Positions 21,054 to 31,608 of a stretch of DNA of 54,139 nt are shown piece after piece. Numbering within the stretch: position 1 is the stretch's first letter; every line of letters starts with the position of its first letter. The stretch is taken from contig JBDRRP010000039.1 of assembly GCA_043825735.1 (NCBI GenBank), positions 1-54,139 of the forward strand. The letters are read 5' to 3'. The stretch is from Pseudomonadota bacterium. GTDB taxonomy: Bacteria > Desulfobacterota > Desulfobacteria > Desulfobacterales > JBDRRP01. A program made the position numbers and the translations under genes. The notes under the pieces are model-generated. The model was not told where the DNA came from. It did not search any database and saw nothing but the letters and a program-made list of their open reading frames with translations.

Positions 21054-21388
21054 TCGCCGAAAGCCACGGTATTAGAATATCCGGTTATCCATAAAGCGCG
21101 ATTGTGGTGGCAAACAGCAATAATCATTGAATGTTGTGTATTGCGCCTTACGCTGGTTTCGCGTACTCATCGTCATACCGGTCACTGGCGCATTCTGCAT
21201 AAGCGCATTAGAGAAAATCGACTTGCCTGCCCCTCCATTTCTGTTAGACTATCATTCATCCACTGACGATGTTCTTCGCAGGCCTTTCTGAGACAGCCGC
21301 CGCATCGGCTGACGGCGACACCGTGCGAGCCCCTGCTGTGGCTCGACACCCTGTCTGACACGCGCCAACAACAAAAACATGAGGAGGA

Positions 21389-22183
21389 TTGATGGGGTCA
21401 TCCGGGAATGAAGCAATTGAAGAACTGGCGGCATTTGCAAGGGAAACGCTGATAAAGCTGGGTGATGAATCGCTGAGCTACTATGGTCGGCACCAGACCG
21501 GAAAACGATTTGACGAAAACCTGGTCACGGCGGCCGAGCTCCATCTGCAAGAATTGTTCGACCACCTTGTGGCGGCCCGCTTTCCCCAGCACAGCGTCTT
21601 CAACGACGGCCCCGTCAATGAATCCTACACCCACGATGCCACCCGCTATCTATGGATCGTTGATCCCATCGACGGTGTGGACAACTTCCAGGCGGGCATC
21701 CCCGTCTGGGGCATGTCTCTGGCCCTTCTGGAAAATTTCTGGCCCGTCCTTGGCATGTTTTATATGCCGGCCACCGGCGATCTCTTCCATGCCCTGGCTG
21801 CGGGAAAGGCCTACCACGGCAACAGCGTCATCTCGATTCCCGACTCTCCCGACGATATCGACGACGAGAGTGTGCTGTTGACATTCAGCCGCTTTCACCA
21901 GCACTACACCCCGCAGTTCCCCGGTAAAATACGCAACATGGGATGCACCGCCGCTCACGTCTGTTACGTCGCCCACGGCCGAGCGGATGCCGCCGTGATC
22001 GCCAATGAATCATACCGGGGCCTGGCCGCCACCCGCGTGATCCTTGAGGCGGCCGGCGGTAAAATGTTCAAAATGGATGGCAGCGGGTTTTTCCTCAACG
22101 AATATCTTGATGGAGAGCGCATCGGCGAACATCTTCTGGTGGTAGCGCCGAATCGTTATGCCAGTGTCCGCGAGTGCCTTTAA
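21389..22183 (+). CDS. Inositol monophosphatase family protein (divergent active site)
   Basis: WIVDPIDG, R.MGC.A, YVAHGRAD, EAAGG; GAGGAG RBS. Confidence 0.8.
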   Translation: MMGSSGNEAIEELAAFARETLIKLGDESLSYYGRHQTGKRFDENLVTAAELHLQELFDHLVAARFPQHSVFNDGPVNESYTHDATRYLWIVDPIDGVDNFQAGIPVWGMSLALLENFWPVLGMFYMPATGDLFHALAAGKAYHGNSVISIPDSPDDIDDESVLLTFSRFHQHYTPQFPGKIRNMGCTAAHVCYVAHGRADAAVIANESYRGLAATRVILEAAGGKMFKMDGSGFFLNEYLDGERIGEHLLVVAPNRYASVRECL

Positions 22184-22243
22184 AAAGTGAACCCGCTGTT
22201 GGAAGAAGCCGCGCCGGGGGTTTTCTGCCACGATGGGAGTCGC

Positions 22244-23716
22244 ATGATAAAGATGGGATGGTACATTTACATGGCGGTAGTGATCGTTCTGTTTCTGGGA
22301 ACGGCTCCCTGCCATGCGCTGACCGTCCTGACAGAAGAGATCCCCCCGCTCAGTGCAACCGATTCCGGGCGCCCGGCCGGCTTTTCGGTAGACATCGCCG
22401 CTGAAATCCTCAAGCGGCTTGGTATCGATGCTCCGGTCCACGTCCAACCCTGGGTGCGGGCCTATAAAACGGCGCTGGAGACCCCCAATGTTGTGCTATT
22501 CAGCGTTGCTCGAACACCGGAACGTGAGGAAAAATTCAATTGGATCGGCCCGTTGCTCGTGTCCCACAACGGTTTTTACGCCCGCAAGGGCCATGGGCTG
22601 CACATCAAGACCCTGGACGACGTGCGCCGCGTCGGCGCTATTGCCACCTACCGTGCCGATGCCCGTGACCAGGAGCTCACCGGTCAAGTCTACACCAACC
22701 TTGACCGCTCCGATTCACCGGATGCCTGCCTGAAAAAACTCCTCGGCGGTCGCGTCGACCTATGGCTCTTCAACAGCCTGAGCCTGCCGGAGATCACCCG
22801 CCGCAACGGCGCCGCCCTCGACGATCTGGAGCTGGTCATCGCCTATCGGCAATACGACCTGTACATCACCCTGTCTCGCGGCACACCGGATGAGGTGGTA
22901 GAACAATGGACGCGCACGCTGGATGCCGTAAAGGCCGACGGCACCTTCGCCCGGCTGGCTGTCAAATGGTTGCCTAAAGACAGCACGCCTCGGTGGGTTG
23001 CCGCTCCGTCCCTGTTGGGCTACCCGAGGCCGGCGATGACGCTCTATACCGAGGATGCCCCCCCCGGCAGCTATGTCGAGCACGGTGAAATCAAAGGGTT
23101 TTCGGTCGCTATCGTCCGCGAAATATTACGACGCCTGTCCCTGCCGGACACCATCACCGTGGTGCCCTGGGCGAGGGGCTATCAGTTGGCGCAGACCACA
23201 CCGGAAGCCGGGGTGTTTTCAACAAGCCGAATCCCGCAGCGGGAATCTCTCTTCAAATGGGTGGGGCCTCTGTATCGCCAGCAATGGGGGCTCTATGCGC
23301 GCAAAGATCGCGCCATAGTGATCAACCGCCTGGAAGACGCCCGGCAGGCTGGACGTATCGGTACCTACCGCCAGGATGCCAAGGAGCAATATCTGCGGGA
23401 TTTGGGATTCACCAATCTTGTGAGCGCCACTGCCAACACCGTCAACATCAGGCATCTGCTCAATGGCAGCATCGATCTCTGGGCCAGTTCGGATTTCAAC
23501 ATGCCGTATCTGGCTAGACAGGCCTATGAGCGACCGGAAGCATTTAAAAATGTTTTTACATTCAAGCGGGTTGACAACTTTATCGCCTTCAACCCGAACA
23601 CACCCGATCATGTGGTGACGGCATGGCAAAAGACGCTTGATGACATCAAGGCCGAAGGACAATACGAGCGCCTCTACGAAGACCTGGTGCGCCTCAGAAA
23701 GCCGATAGACAAATGA
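22244..23716 (+). CDS. Tandem two-domain family-3 periplasmic substrate-binding protein
   Basis: Signal peptide and two homologous domains (TEEIPP..PWVRA..RTPERE..FNWIGP; TEDAPP..PWARG..RIPQRE..FKWVGP). Start approximate. Confidence 0.85.
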   Translation: MIKMGWYIYMAVVIVLFLGTAPCHALTVLTEEIPPLSATDSGRPAGFSVDIAAEILKRLGIDAPVHVQPWVRAYKTALETPNVVLFSVARTPEREEKFNWIGPLLVSHNGFYARKGHGLHIKTLDDVRRVGAIATYRADARDQELTGQVYTNLDRSDSPDACLKKLLGGRVDLWLFNSLSLPEITRRNGAALDDLELVIAYRQYDLYITLSRGTPDEVVEQWTRTLDAVKADGTFARLAVKWLPKDSTPRWVAAPSLLGYPRPAMTLYTEDAPPGSYVEHGEIKGFSVAIVREILRRLSLPDTITVVPWARGYQLAQTTPEAGVFSTSRIPQRESLFKWVGPLYRQQWGLYARKDRAIVINRLEDARQAGRIGTYRQDAKEQYLRDLGFTNLVSATANTVNIRHLLNGSIDLWASSDFNMPYLARQAYERPEAFKNVFTFKRVDNFIAFNPNTPDHVVTAWQKTLDDIKAEGQYERLYEDLVRLRKPIDK

Positions 23717-26001
23717 CAATAGACCGCTCGGGGCAACCACTCACGATTGGAATAAAACGTAAACGCTCCCTGTCCCGGGAGCTCGCGCTCAGCCTTTTTC
23801 TGATCCTTATCGTGGTGGAAGGCGCTTTGCTAATCCTGGTTTACCAAGTGCAGACCAATGCCCTTCGCCAGGAAATTGAGGCCAAGGCGGATGATTATAT
23901 CAACAAAATCAGTGGTGTGCTGGCCGTCCCGGTATGGAACTACGACGATGAGCAGATCGAAAAAGTGGGCAACGGGTTTCTTGAGAACGAACTGGTGAGT
24001 GAAATCTGGATCCATGATTTTTCGGGAAAGACCCTGTTTCGCGCCTCCCGAAACCCGGGCGAAACGCTGCGCATCGAAAGGTCGCAACCCATCGTTTACA
24101 ACGGCCAGACACTCGGAGGAGTCGCGCTGTCGTTCACGCTGAAAAACTACAGACGGCAGACGGAAGCGCTGCGAGATGCCATCCTGCTCATCCTGGCCGG
24201 CTCGCTCACGGTTATCTTCATCGCTACCGGCCTGCTGCTGCGCATCACCATGCGCAAACCCATGGACATACTCCAGCAGGGAATGGACCGGCTGACCATG
24301 GGCGATTATGATTACCGATTCGAAGAAATCCAGCATGTCGAGCTCTCAGGCATCGCAGACCGGTTCGCCACCATGGCCGCCAAGATCAAATCCCGTGAGA
24401 CGACCCTTCAGAGGCTGAATCAGGATCTTCAGGAAGAGGTCGATGAGCGCAAACGGGCAGAAGCGATGATCCGCGACAGCGAAGCCAAAAGCCTGGCGCT
24501 GCTGGACGCGCTGCCGGACACCGTTTTCCAGGTAGACCGAAAGGGGCGATTTATCGACTTTAAGGGGACACCCGGGGACGGCTTCCCCGACCAGATCGCC
24601 ACCGTGGGAAAGGATATCGCGACCGTACTGCCCGAGCCGGCCGCCTCTCAGCTCATGGTAAAACTCCAGCTGGCTTTGGAAACGCAATCGCCGCAGATCC
24701 TTGAATACGCGCTGACGACACCTGCCGGGCAGAACTATTTTGAAGCCCGTCTGGTGGCGGTGGGCAGTCAGTTGGCCGTGGGAGTGGTCCGAAACATCAC
24801 CGAAAATATCCGTGCGGACCACGAGAAAGCCCGACTTGAAGCCGATCTGCGGCAGGCTCACAAAATGGAGGCCGTAGGAACCCTCGCTGGCGGGATCGCC
24901 CATGATTTCAACAATATTCTGGCCGCTATCATGGGGTACGCGGAAATCGCCAAAATCGATCTGGCCGATCACCCATCAGCCAGAGCCAATCTCGACAAAG
25001 TGCTTTCGGCCACAGAACGGGCCAAAGCCATGGTCAACCAGATTCTGGCCTTCAGCCGCAAATCAGAACCCTCCCGGAAGCCGATCAGCCTGCGTCAGGT
25101 GGTGACGGATGCCCTCGACATGCTGCGCTCATCGATCCCAAAGACCATCGATTTTCAGGTGGCCCTGAATGCCGAAACGGATACTATCCTGGCCGACAGC
25201 ACCCAGATTCACCAGATTCTGATGAATCTCGGCACCAACGCCGCCCATGCCATGGAGGATGCCGGCGGCACGCTGTCCATATCCATGGCCCCCCTGACGC
25301 TGTCTCCCGGCAATGTCTCGCAGTATCCCGGGCTGTCCCCGGGCCGCCATGTTCGGCTGTCGGTCACCGACACCGGCCACGGCATCCCGGCCGAGATCCG
25401 CGAACGCATTTTCGATCCCTATTTCACCGACAAGTCTCCGGGCAAAGGCACCGGCATGGGGCTGTCGGTGGTACATGGCATCGTGAGCAATCACGGCGGG
25501 GCCATCCTTGTCGACAGTACCCCGGGGCAGGGCACCACCTTCCATATTCTTTTTCCGCTCATCGATGAGACCGCCGCCCCCGGCCGCCCCCCATCCGATC
25601 ACCTGCACACCGGCAACGAACGCCTGATGTTTGTCGACGATGAACCGGAATTGGTGGATATCGCCACCCACATGCTCACCCATATGGGCTACCATGTAAC
25701 GGCTTTCAGTGATCCCCAGGCGGCACTGGAACACTTCCGAAAAGCGCCCTTGGCCTGTGATCTGGTCATCACCGATATGACCATGCCACGAATGACCGGA
25801 ACCCGTCTCGCCGAGTCTCTCCAAGCGCTGCGTCCTGACATTCCGATCCTGCTGTGCACAGGCTACAGCGATAAAGTGACCGCAGAGACTGCACGCAGCA
25901 TGGGCATATCAGGGTTCATGATGAAGCCCCTGTCCATCCTCGACCTGTCCCTGACCGTCCGCCGGGTTCTGGATGCGGCTGGCAAAGTCACTCCATATTG
26001 A
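23713..26001 (+). CDS. Hybrid sensor histidine kinase (periplasmic-HAMP-PAS-HisKA-HATPase-REC)
   Basis: KMEAVGTLAGGIAHDFNNIL, NAAHAM, DTGHG, GTGMGLS, FVDDE...ITDMTMP; 4-nt overlap with the binding-protein gene. Confidence 0.93.
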   Translation: MTIDRSGQPLTIGIKRKRSLSRELALSLFLILIVVEGALLILVYQVQTNALRQEIEAKADDYINKISGVLAVPVWNYDDEQIEKVGNGFLENELVSEIWIHDFSGKTLFRASRNPGETLRIERSQPIVYNGQTLGGVALSFTLKNYRRQTEALRDAILLILAGSLTVIFIATGLLLRITMRKPMDILQQGMDRLTMGDYDYRFEEIQHVELSGIADRFATMAAKIKSRETTLQRLNQDLQEEVDERKRAEAMIRDSEAKSLALLDALPDTVFQVDRKGRFIDFKGTPGDGFPDQIATVGKDIATVLPEPAASQLMVKLQLALETQSPQILEYALTTPAGQNYFEARLVAVGSQLAVGVVRNITENIRADHEKARLEADLRQAHKMEAVGTLAGGIAHDFNNILAAIMGYAEIAKIDLADHPSARANLDKVLSATERAKAMVNQILAFSRKSEPSRKPISLRQVVTDALDMLRSSIPKTIDFQVALNAETDTILADSTQIHQILMNLGTNAAHAMEDAGGTLSISMAPLTLSPGNVSQYPGLSPGRHVRLSVTDTGHGIPAEIRERIFDPYFTDKSPGKGTGMGLSVVHGIVSNHGGAILVDSTPGQGTTFHILFPLIDETAAPGRPPSDHLHTGNERLMFVDDEPELVDIATHMLTHMGYHVTAFSDPQAALEHFRKAPLACDLVITDMTMPRMTGTRLAESLQALRPDIPILLCTGYSDKVTAETARSMGISGFMMKPLSILDLSLTVRRVLDAAGKVTPY

Positions 26002-26154
26002 AATTTCACTGATAGTTGGTTATGACTCAGGGGTTCGTAATCCCGGGGAGCAGCGCACCCTCGCCGCGGCACCGCCCTTGGGAGGGGGCGAACGCCGGGC
26101 GCCTGCCATGTCCCAGACAACGGTCAATCCACAAAACACAACAAAGGAAATGCC

Positions 26155-27861
26155 GTGAGCCTCATTGGCCCGACCACCCACATCCGCAGCCTGCGTCGCT
26201 TTGGCAAGATCTCCCGCGTTCTTGTGCGCCACGGTCTCGGGGATATCCGCGACCGTCTGCGCAGTCGGGCCGCAGATGCCAGCGATCCACTGCCCCCGGC
26301 CCTCTGGTCCCAGTACCTCTCACCGAAGCGTCTTCGAGAGTTGCTGGAAGAACTTGGCCCCAGTTTCATCAAGCTGGGTCAACTCATGAGCACCCGGGCC
26401 GATGTTTTTCCCCTGGCCTATATCGAAGAATTGAAAAAACTCCAGGACCAGGTGCCGCCGGTGGCCTTCGAATCCATCCGGCAGGTCGTTGAATCCGAAC
26501 TGGGCCAGCCGCTGGACAAAATCTTCTACACCTTTTCCGAAACCTGCCTGGCAGCGGCTTCCGTGGCCCAGGTGCACCGGGCCGAATGCTACACCGGCGA
26601 GCAGGTGGTCGTGAAGGTGATCCGCCCCGGCATCTCCGCCACAATCCGCGACGACATCCGCCTGATGTACTATTTCGCCAGGCATCTGGAGAAGTCTTCA
26701 GAGTTCGCACGAATCATCGGCGCCGTCATGATCGTCAAGGAGTTCGAGCGCACCATTTTCCGCGAGCTCGATCTGCTGATCGAAGCGGGCAACATGGAAA
26801 AGTTCTCCGCCAACTTCAAGCGCTCCGAGGAAATTGTCATCCCCACCGTCACCTGGGAGCTCACCACCCGGAAGGTGTTGGTAATGGCCTTCATCGACGG
26901 CGTGAAAATGGACGACCTTGCGGGCATCCGCCACTACGGTATCGACCCCAAAGACGTGGCCCTGGTCGGCCTGCGCGCGTTCAGCCGCCAATTGATGGAG
27001 TTCGGGCTGTTCCACGCCGACCCGCACCCGGCCAATACCATCGTGATGGCCGACGGCCGGGTGGCGCTGGTGGATTTCGGCATCATCGGCTATCTGGACG
27101 ACGAAGTGATGCTGCAGATCGCCTTTTTACTACTCGGGTACGCAGAACATGATTACGACATGATCCTATCGGCCCTCGAGGAAGCGGGCATCGTGGACGC
27201 CACCCGGGTCGATTTGCGCCGCTTCCGCGCCGATTTGAAGGACATGAGCGAGCCCTTCTACGGACGCAGCCTGCAGAGAATCTCCGTGAAGGACGTCGCC
27301 GAGCAGATCATGCTCCTTATTTACAAGTACCGCATCCAGATGCCCAGAAATCTGCTGCTGCTGCTGAAGACGTTTATCCAGACCGAAGCGCTAGGTAAGA
27401 TTCTGGGCAGCGATGCCAGTCTTCTGGAAGTCACCCGTCCCTATGCCCGCCGGTTGATCCGGAAAGGCACCGATGCCCAGCGCCTGCTGCATCACATGGG
27501 GACCGGTGCCCGGGGTGCTTTCGGACTACTGAAGCGCCTGCCGCGCGATCTGAATCAAATCATCCGCCGCACGGCCGATGGCCGCCACCGGATACGGCTG
27601 GAGCACACCGGCTTTGATGACGTGTCCGTCAAACTGGAGAAAGGACTCAACCGGTTTATCATCGGTGTCATCATTGCCGCCTCCACCATCGCCGGATCGA
27701 TGGTGCTCAACGCGCCGGCCGATGTTTTCAATGTCCAGGTGTCGTTTTTCGGCAACGGAGCCGTGTCGCTCACGGGCGTTTTAGGCGTCACAGGATACTC
27801 CATCGCCACCGTTTTGGGTGTGTGGCTCATCATGTCCATTTTCCGCTCAGGCAAGCTCTGA
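26155..27861 (+). CDS. UbiB/AarF (ABC1) family atypical kinase
   Basis: LGPSFIKLGQ, AAASVAQVH, VVKV, FHADPHPAN, DFG, two C-terminal TMs. Confidence 0.92.
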   Translation: MSLIGPTTHIRSLRRFGKISRVLVRHGLGDIRDRLRSRAADASDPLPPALWSQYLSPKRLRELLEELGPSFIKLGQLMSTRADVFPLAYIEELKKLQDQVPPVAFESIRQVVESELGQPLDKIFYTFSETCLAAASVAQVHRAECYTGEQVVVKVIRPGISATIRDDIRLMYYFARHLEKSSEFARIIGAVMIVKEFERTIFRELDLLIEAGNMEKFSANFKRSEEIVIPTVTWELTTRKVLVMAFIDGVKMDDLAGIRHYGIDPKDVALVGLRAFSRQLMEFGLFHADPHPANTIVMADGRVALVDFGIIGYLDDEVMLQIAFLLLGYAEHDYDMILSALEEAGIVDATRVDLRRFRADLKDMSEPFYGRSLQRISVKDVAEQIMLLIYKYRIQMPRNLLLLLKTFIQTEALGKILGSDASLLEVTRPYARRLIRKGTDAQRLLHHMGTGARGAFGLLKRLPRDLNQIIRRTADGRHRIRLEHTGFDDVSVKLEKGLNRFIIGVIIAASTIAGSMVLNAPADVFNVQVSFFGNGAVSLTGVLGVTGYSIATVLGVWLIMSIFRSGKL

Positions 27862-27886
27862 AATGCCAAAACAGGGGAGACCCCGC

Positions 27887-29224
27887 ATGTCCAGAAAGAC
27901 CATTTGGGGCTGGGCGCTCTATGACTGGGCCAACTCGGCTTTCGCTACGACCGTGATGGCGGGGTTTTTCCCGGTATTTTTCAAAGGGTACTGGAGCTAC
28001 GGGTCGGATGTTAATCTGAGCACCGCCCAGTTGGGAATCGGCAACAGCATTGCCAGCCTCACGGTGGCGTTGATGGCGCCGATCCTGGGCGCCATCGCCG
28101 ACCATGGCGGCCGGAAAAAGGCGTTCCTGCTGACCTTCGCCTATCTGGGGGTGCTCATGACGGCAGGACTCTACCTGGTCGACAGGGGGCAGTGGCTGCT
28201 GGCCATTTTCGTCTACTCCGGCGGCGTGATCGGCTTTTCCGGCGCCAACGTGTTCTACGACGCCCTGCTACCCGCCGTGGCTCCGGCGGACCGCCTCGAC
28301 AGCATCTCCAGTTTCGGTTTCGCCATGGGATACCTGGGCGGGGGGCTGCTGTTTCTGCTCAACGTGATCATGACCCTCAAGCCCGGGCTCTTCGGTCTGC
28401 CGGACGCCGCCGCCGCCGTGCGGCTGTCCTTTTTGTCGGTGGCACTCTGGTGGGGCGGTTTTACCCTTTTCACCCTGTTCTGGGTCAAGGAGACGCCGGC
28501 CATTGGCCGGCCGGCCGGCGCGGCCCTGGTGCGTCAGGGCATTGCGCGACTGGCCGGCACACTCACGCATCTGCGCCACCTCAAATCCGTGGGACTCTTT
28601 CTGATCGCCTACTGGTGTTACATCGACGGGGTGGATACCATCATCCGCATGGCCGTGGATTACGGGATGTCCCTGGGGTTTGCCGCCAGCGACCTGATTC
28701 TGGCGCTGCTCATCGTGCAGTTCGTCGGGTTTCCCGCCGCCCTCGGTTTCGGCTGGCTCAGTCAGCGGTGGGGCGTGCGGCAGGCCATCTACCTGGCCAT
28801 CGTCACCTACATGGGCATCACGGTCTGGGGCACCATGATGACCCATAAAAACGAGTTCTACATCCTGGCCGTCATCATCGGCCTGGTTCAAGGGGGCATT
28901 CAGGCCCTGAGCCGCTCCTACTACGCCCGTCTGATCCCGAAAGACAAAGCCGCTGAATTTTTCGGCTTCTACAACATGCTTGGCAAATTCGCCGCCATTT
29001 TCGGCCCTGCGCTCATGGGCATCGTGGGTATCGTGGTGCGACGGGTGATCATGCCCACCGCGCCCACGGCAGCCGACCTGGTGGCCGTAGGACATCTGGC
29101 CACCCGCTGGAGTATGGGTTCGCTCCTGGTGCTGTTTGTGACCGGGCTGGTGCTTTTCTCCCGGGTGGATGAAAAAAAAGCCAGGGCGGAAATCGCGGCC
29201 CTTAAGACCTCAACCGATCGATGA
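27887..29224 (+). CDS. MFS transporter (UMF1/Atg22-like)
   Basis: WALYDWANSAF, NVFYDALLP, GGIQALSRSY, EFFGFY; about 12 TMs. Confidence 0.9.
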   Translation: MSRKTIWGWALYDWANSAFATTVMAGFFPVFFKGYWSYGSDVNLSTAQLGIGNSIASLTVALMAPILGAIADHGGRKKAFLLTFAYLGVLMTAGLYLVDRGQWLLAIFVYSGGVIGFSGANVFYDALLPAVAPADRLDSISSFGFAMGYLGGGLLFLLNVIMTLKPGLFGLPDAAAAVRLSFLSVALWWGGFTLFTLFWVKETPAIGRPAGAALVRQGIARLAGTLTHLRHLKSVGLFLIAYWCYIDGVDTIIRMAVDYGMSLGFAASDLILALLIVQFVGFPAALGFGWLSQRWGVRQAIYLAIVTYMGITVWGTMMTHKNEFYILAVIIGLVQGGIQALSRSYYARLIPKDKAAEFFGFYNMLGKFAAIFGPALMGIVGIVVRRVIMPTAPTAADLVAVGHLATRWSMGSLLVLFVTGLVLFSRVDEKKARAEIAALKTSTDR

Positions 29225-30046
29225 CCTCCGACAGATGGCCGCCATGGCCAGTGCCCGGTCGGTAAAGATCCAGTCCACCCCCCGGTTGATTTCCCGGTAC
29301 AGCGCGTTGCGTGAATTGCTGAATCCCGTGCCGACGCCCTGCCCCATCCGGTGATGCCGCTGCAGCAGGCGTGTCGTCATGAGCAGGGAGTGGCCGCAAA
29401 GTCCGGCATAGGGCCGTGCGGCTGCCAGGCGACTGAATGCCGCCACGCGCTCGCGCGCAATGGGAATGCAGGCTTCCGCGTGGGCGTGGCCGATGGCGGC
29501 GAGCACCTGAGGCGACAATGAGAGCAGGTGGTAGTCGCGCCCCGGAAGCAGCTCTGCCAGGCAGTCCGCCAGCCGGCTTTTCAGCCGCCGGGTGTCGATG
29601 AAGGCCTCGGTCTTGAGCTCGACCATGAGATGAACCCGCCGCCCGTAGCGGTCGGCCAGTTCCGAGAGCAGCGGCACCTGGGGCCAGCGCTCCCGGATCT
29701 GCGCTGCGGTGAGATCGGCCACCCTGACCGGCGCGCCGGCCAGCCGCCTGAAATCCGGATCGTGAAACACCACCGCCTGCTGGTCCCGGGACCAGCGGAC
29801 ATCGCACTCGATGCCCCATACTCCGCCGGCAACGGCGGCATCAAAGGCCGCGGTCGTGTTCTCCCACACCCGCCGGTTATCGTAGACGCCGCGGTGGGTG
29901 ATCAGGCGGCAGCGCTTCAGCTCCCGTGCCGACGGCGCACGGCGCGGCCAGGCGGCCATGATGGCATCGGCCAACCGGTTGACGGTGGGCTCCAAATGGT
30001 CGATCAAAGCCTCGCGCGCGGCCTTTTCAGGAGAAGATTTTTTCAT
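29210..30046 (-). CDS. Glycerophosphodiester phosphodiesterase family protein
   Basis: ITHRG, ENT.AAF, GIECDV, VVFHD, VELK, GVDWIFTD. Confidence 0.85.
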   Translation of the reverse strand: MKKSSPEKAAREALIDHLEPTVNRLADAIMAAWPRRAPSARELKRCRLITHRGVYDNRRVWENTTAAFDAAVAGGVWGIECDVRWSRDQQAVVFHDPDFRRLAGAPVRVADLTAAQIRERWPQVPLLSELADRYGRRVHLMVELKTEAFIDTRRLKSRLADCLAELLPGRDYHLLSLSPQVLAAIGHAHAEACIPIARERVAAFSRLAAARPYAGLCGHSLLMTTRLLQRHHRMGQGVGTGFSNSRNALYREINRGVDWIFTDRALAMAAICRRSSIG

Positions 30047-31271
30047 CCCTGGCCTCCGCTTCAACCGCATCCGGCTCTGCGTCCCGGCCGAGGCCGGCCG
30101 CCTGGTAGGCCGCGTATTCCTTGTACCACTCCCCGGCGATGATGGTGGACATGATTTCGTTGGTCCCCGTCCAGATGGATGCCAGGCGAAGATCACGGCA
30201 AATCCGTTCCACCGGATACACGTTGGTGTAGCCGATGCCGCCCATGACCTGCATGGCATGGTGGGCCACCTGCTGGCAGGATTCGGTGACAAATTTCTTG
30301 GTCTCGGACACCAGCCGGCGCACCTGCCGGGAAGGGGCTCCGGCGTCCACGGCGCGGCAGGTGGTGTACACCAGAGACCGGGACGCATCCAGCAGCGTGA
30401 CCGCTTGGGCCACTTGAAAACTCACCCCCTGAAATGCGGCGATGGGAAGGCCGAAGGCCTGTCGCCGGGTCGTGTAAGCCGTGGCCACTTCCAGTGCGGG
30501 CCGGGCCGCCCCGATGGTCATTGCCGCCGTGCCCAGGCGCTCGGGAATCATCATGGTCTTGAACACGGCAAAACCGCCGTTAAAATCGCCGATCAGGTTT
30601 GCCCGAGGCACTCGCACGTCGGTGAAGACCACGCGGCTGGTGCCGCCGCCGCGGCAGCCCATGAGGCCGTAACGGTAGGGGGTTTCCACCCCGGGTCCGC
30701 GCTCAACGATAAAACAGGAAATCCCCTCGTGCGGTTCGGCCTCCGGATCCGTTCGAGCATACACGAGAAAAAAATCGGCGCCCTCCCCGCCCACGATGAA
30801 GCGCTTTTGTCCGTTAATCACAAAGTCGTCGCCGCTGGCAACCGCGGTGGTAGTGGTGCCGAAAAAGTCCGATCCGCCCCGGGGTTCAGTGAGACACTCC
30901 GCGGCAAATCGTTCCCCGCGCAGCAGGGGCCGCACAAATGCGTCCCGCTGGGCATCCGTACCGTGCTTGACGATGGCATCGCACACCAATTCGGCACCAA
31001 CGCCGAAGGTACAGGCAAAAATATAGCCCAGGGTGCCGACCTCCTCCATGGCCACGCAGCTGCTCAGCCAGTCCATTTCCCGGCCGCCCCACCGGCTCGG
31101 ATAGCGGCACCCTAAAAGCCCCCGCCGGCCGGCCTCCTCCAGAAACACCTTGGGAAAACGAATGACATCGGCATCCATATCCAAAATCATCTGCGGCGGT
31201 ACGGATTTCACAAAGTCCCGCAATTCATCGCGCCACGCCAGTTGCCGCGCGTCCAGAAGAAAATCGTACAT
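30027..31271 (-). CDS. Acyl-CoA dehydrogenase
   Basis: ECLTEPRGGSD, INGQKRFI, RQAFGLPIAAFQ, QVMGGIGY, IWTGTNEI. Confidence 0.93.
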   Translation of the reverse strand: MYDFLLDARQLAWRDELRDFVKSVPPQMILDMDADVIRFPKVFLEEAGRRGLLGCRYPSRWGGREMDWLSSCVAMEEVGTLGYIFACTFGVGAELVCDAIVKHGTDAQRDAFVRPLLRGERFAAECLTEPRGGSDFFGTTTTAVASGDDFVINGQKRFIVGGEGADFFLVYARTDPEAEPHEGISCFIVERGPGVETPYRYGLMGCRGGGTSRVVFTDVRVPRANLIGDFNGGFAVFKTMMIPERLGTAAMTIGAARPALEVATAYTTRRQAFGLPIAAFQGVSFQVAQAVTLLDASRSLVYTTCRAVDAGAPSRQVRRLVSETKKFVTESCQQVAHHAMQVMGGIGYTNVYPVERICRDLRLASIWTGTNEIMSTIIAGEWYKEYAAYQAAGLGRDAEPDAVEAEARDEKIFS

Positions 31272-31336
31272 TGCCCCCTCCCCTGAATATTGCTTACGTT
31301 AACGTCAACAATATCCGCCTCCCAAACTGCTGTCAA

Positions 31337-31435
31337 TGGGATCGTTGGGATCGTTGGGATCGTTGGGATCGTTGGGATCGTTGGGAGCGTTTGGAGCGTT
31401 TGGAGCGTTGGGAGCGTTGGGAGCGTTGGGAGCGA
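31337..31435. repeat. 9-bp tandem repeat array, 11 units
   Basis: 5x TGGGATCGT, then TGGGAGCGT, 2x TTGGAGCGT, 2x TGGGAGCGT, TGGGAGCGA. Confidence 0.95.
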
Positions 31436-31452
31436 CCTGAAGGCCGCCCTTT

Positions 31453-31479
31453 ATCCTGTCTATCCTGTTAATCCTGTCA
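31453..31479. repeat. Second 9-bp period repeat, 3x ATCCTGTnn
   Basis: ATCCTGTCT ATCCTGTTA ATCCTGTCA. Confidence 0.8.
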
Positions 31480-31608
31480 AAATTCTTTGGTTTTGCTGTT
31501 TCTGTCCTCTGCTTGCCCGCCGTAGCGTTGTCCTTTGCGAAGGCGGGTCCTCTGCCCTCTGGCCGTTCGCCGGGCAGCGCTGGAAAATCGATCCCAGTGT
31601 CGACCAGC

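Noticed and set aside
21389..22183. Calling the IMPase homologue hisN or suhB
   Set aside because: It is not in the his cluster and its catalytic motifs are divergent, so the function cannot be assigned
31337..31435. CRISPR array
   Set aside because: The units are 9 bp and contiguous, with no spacers and no cas genes
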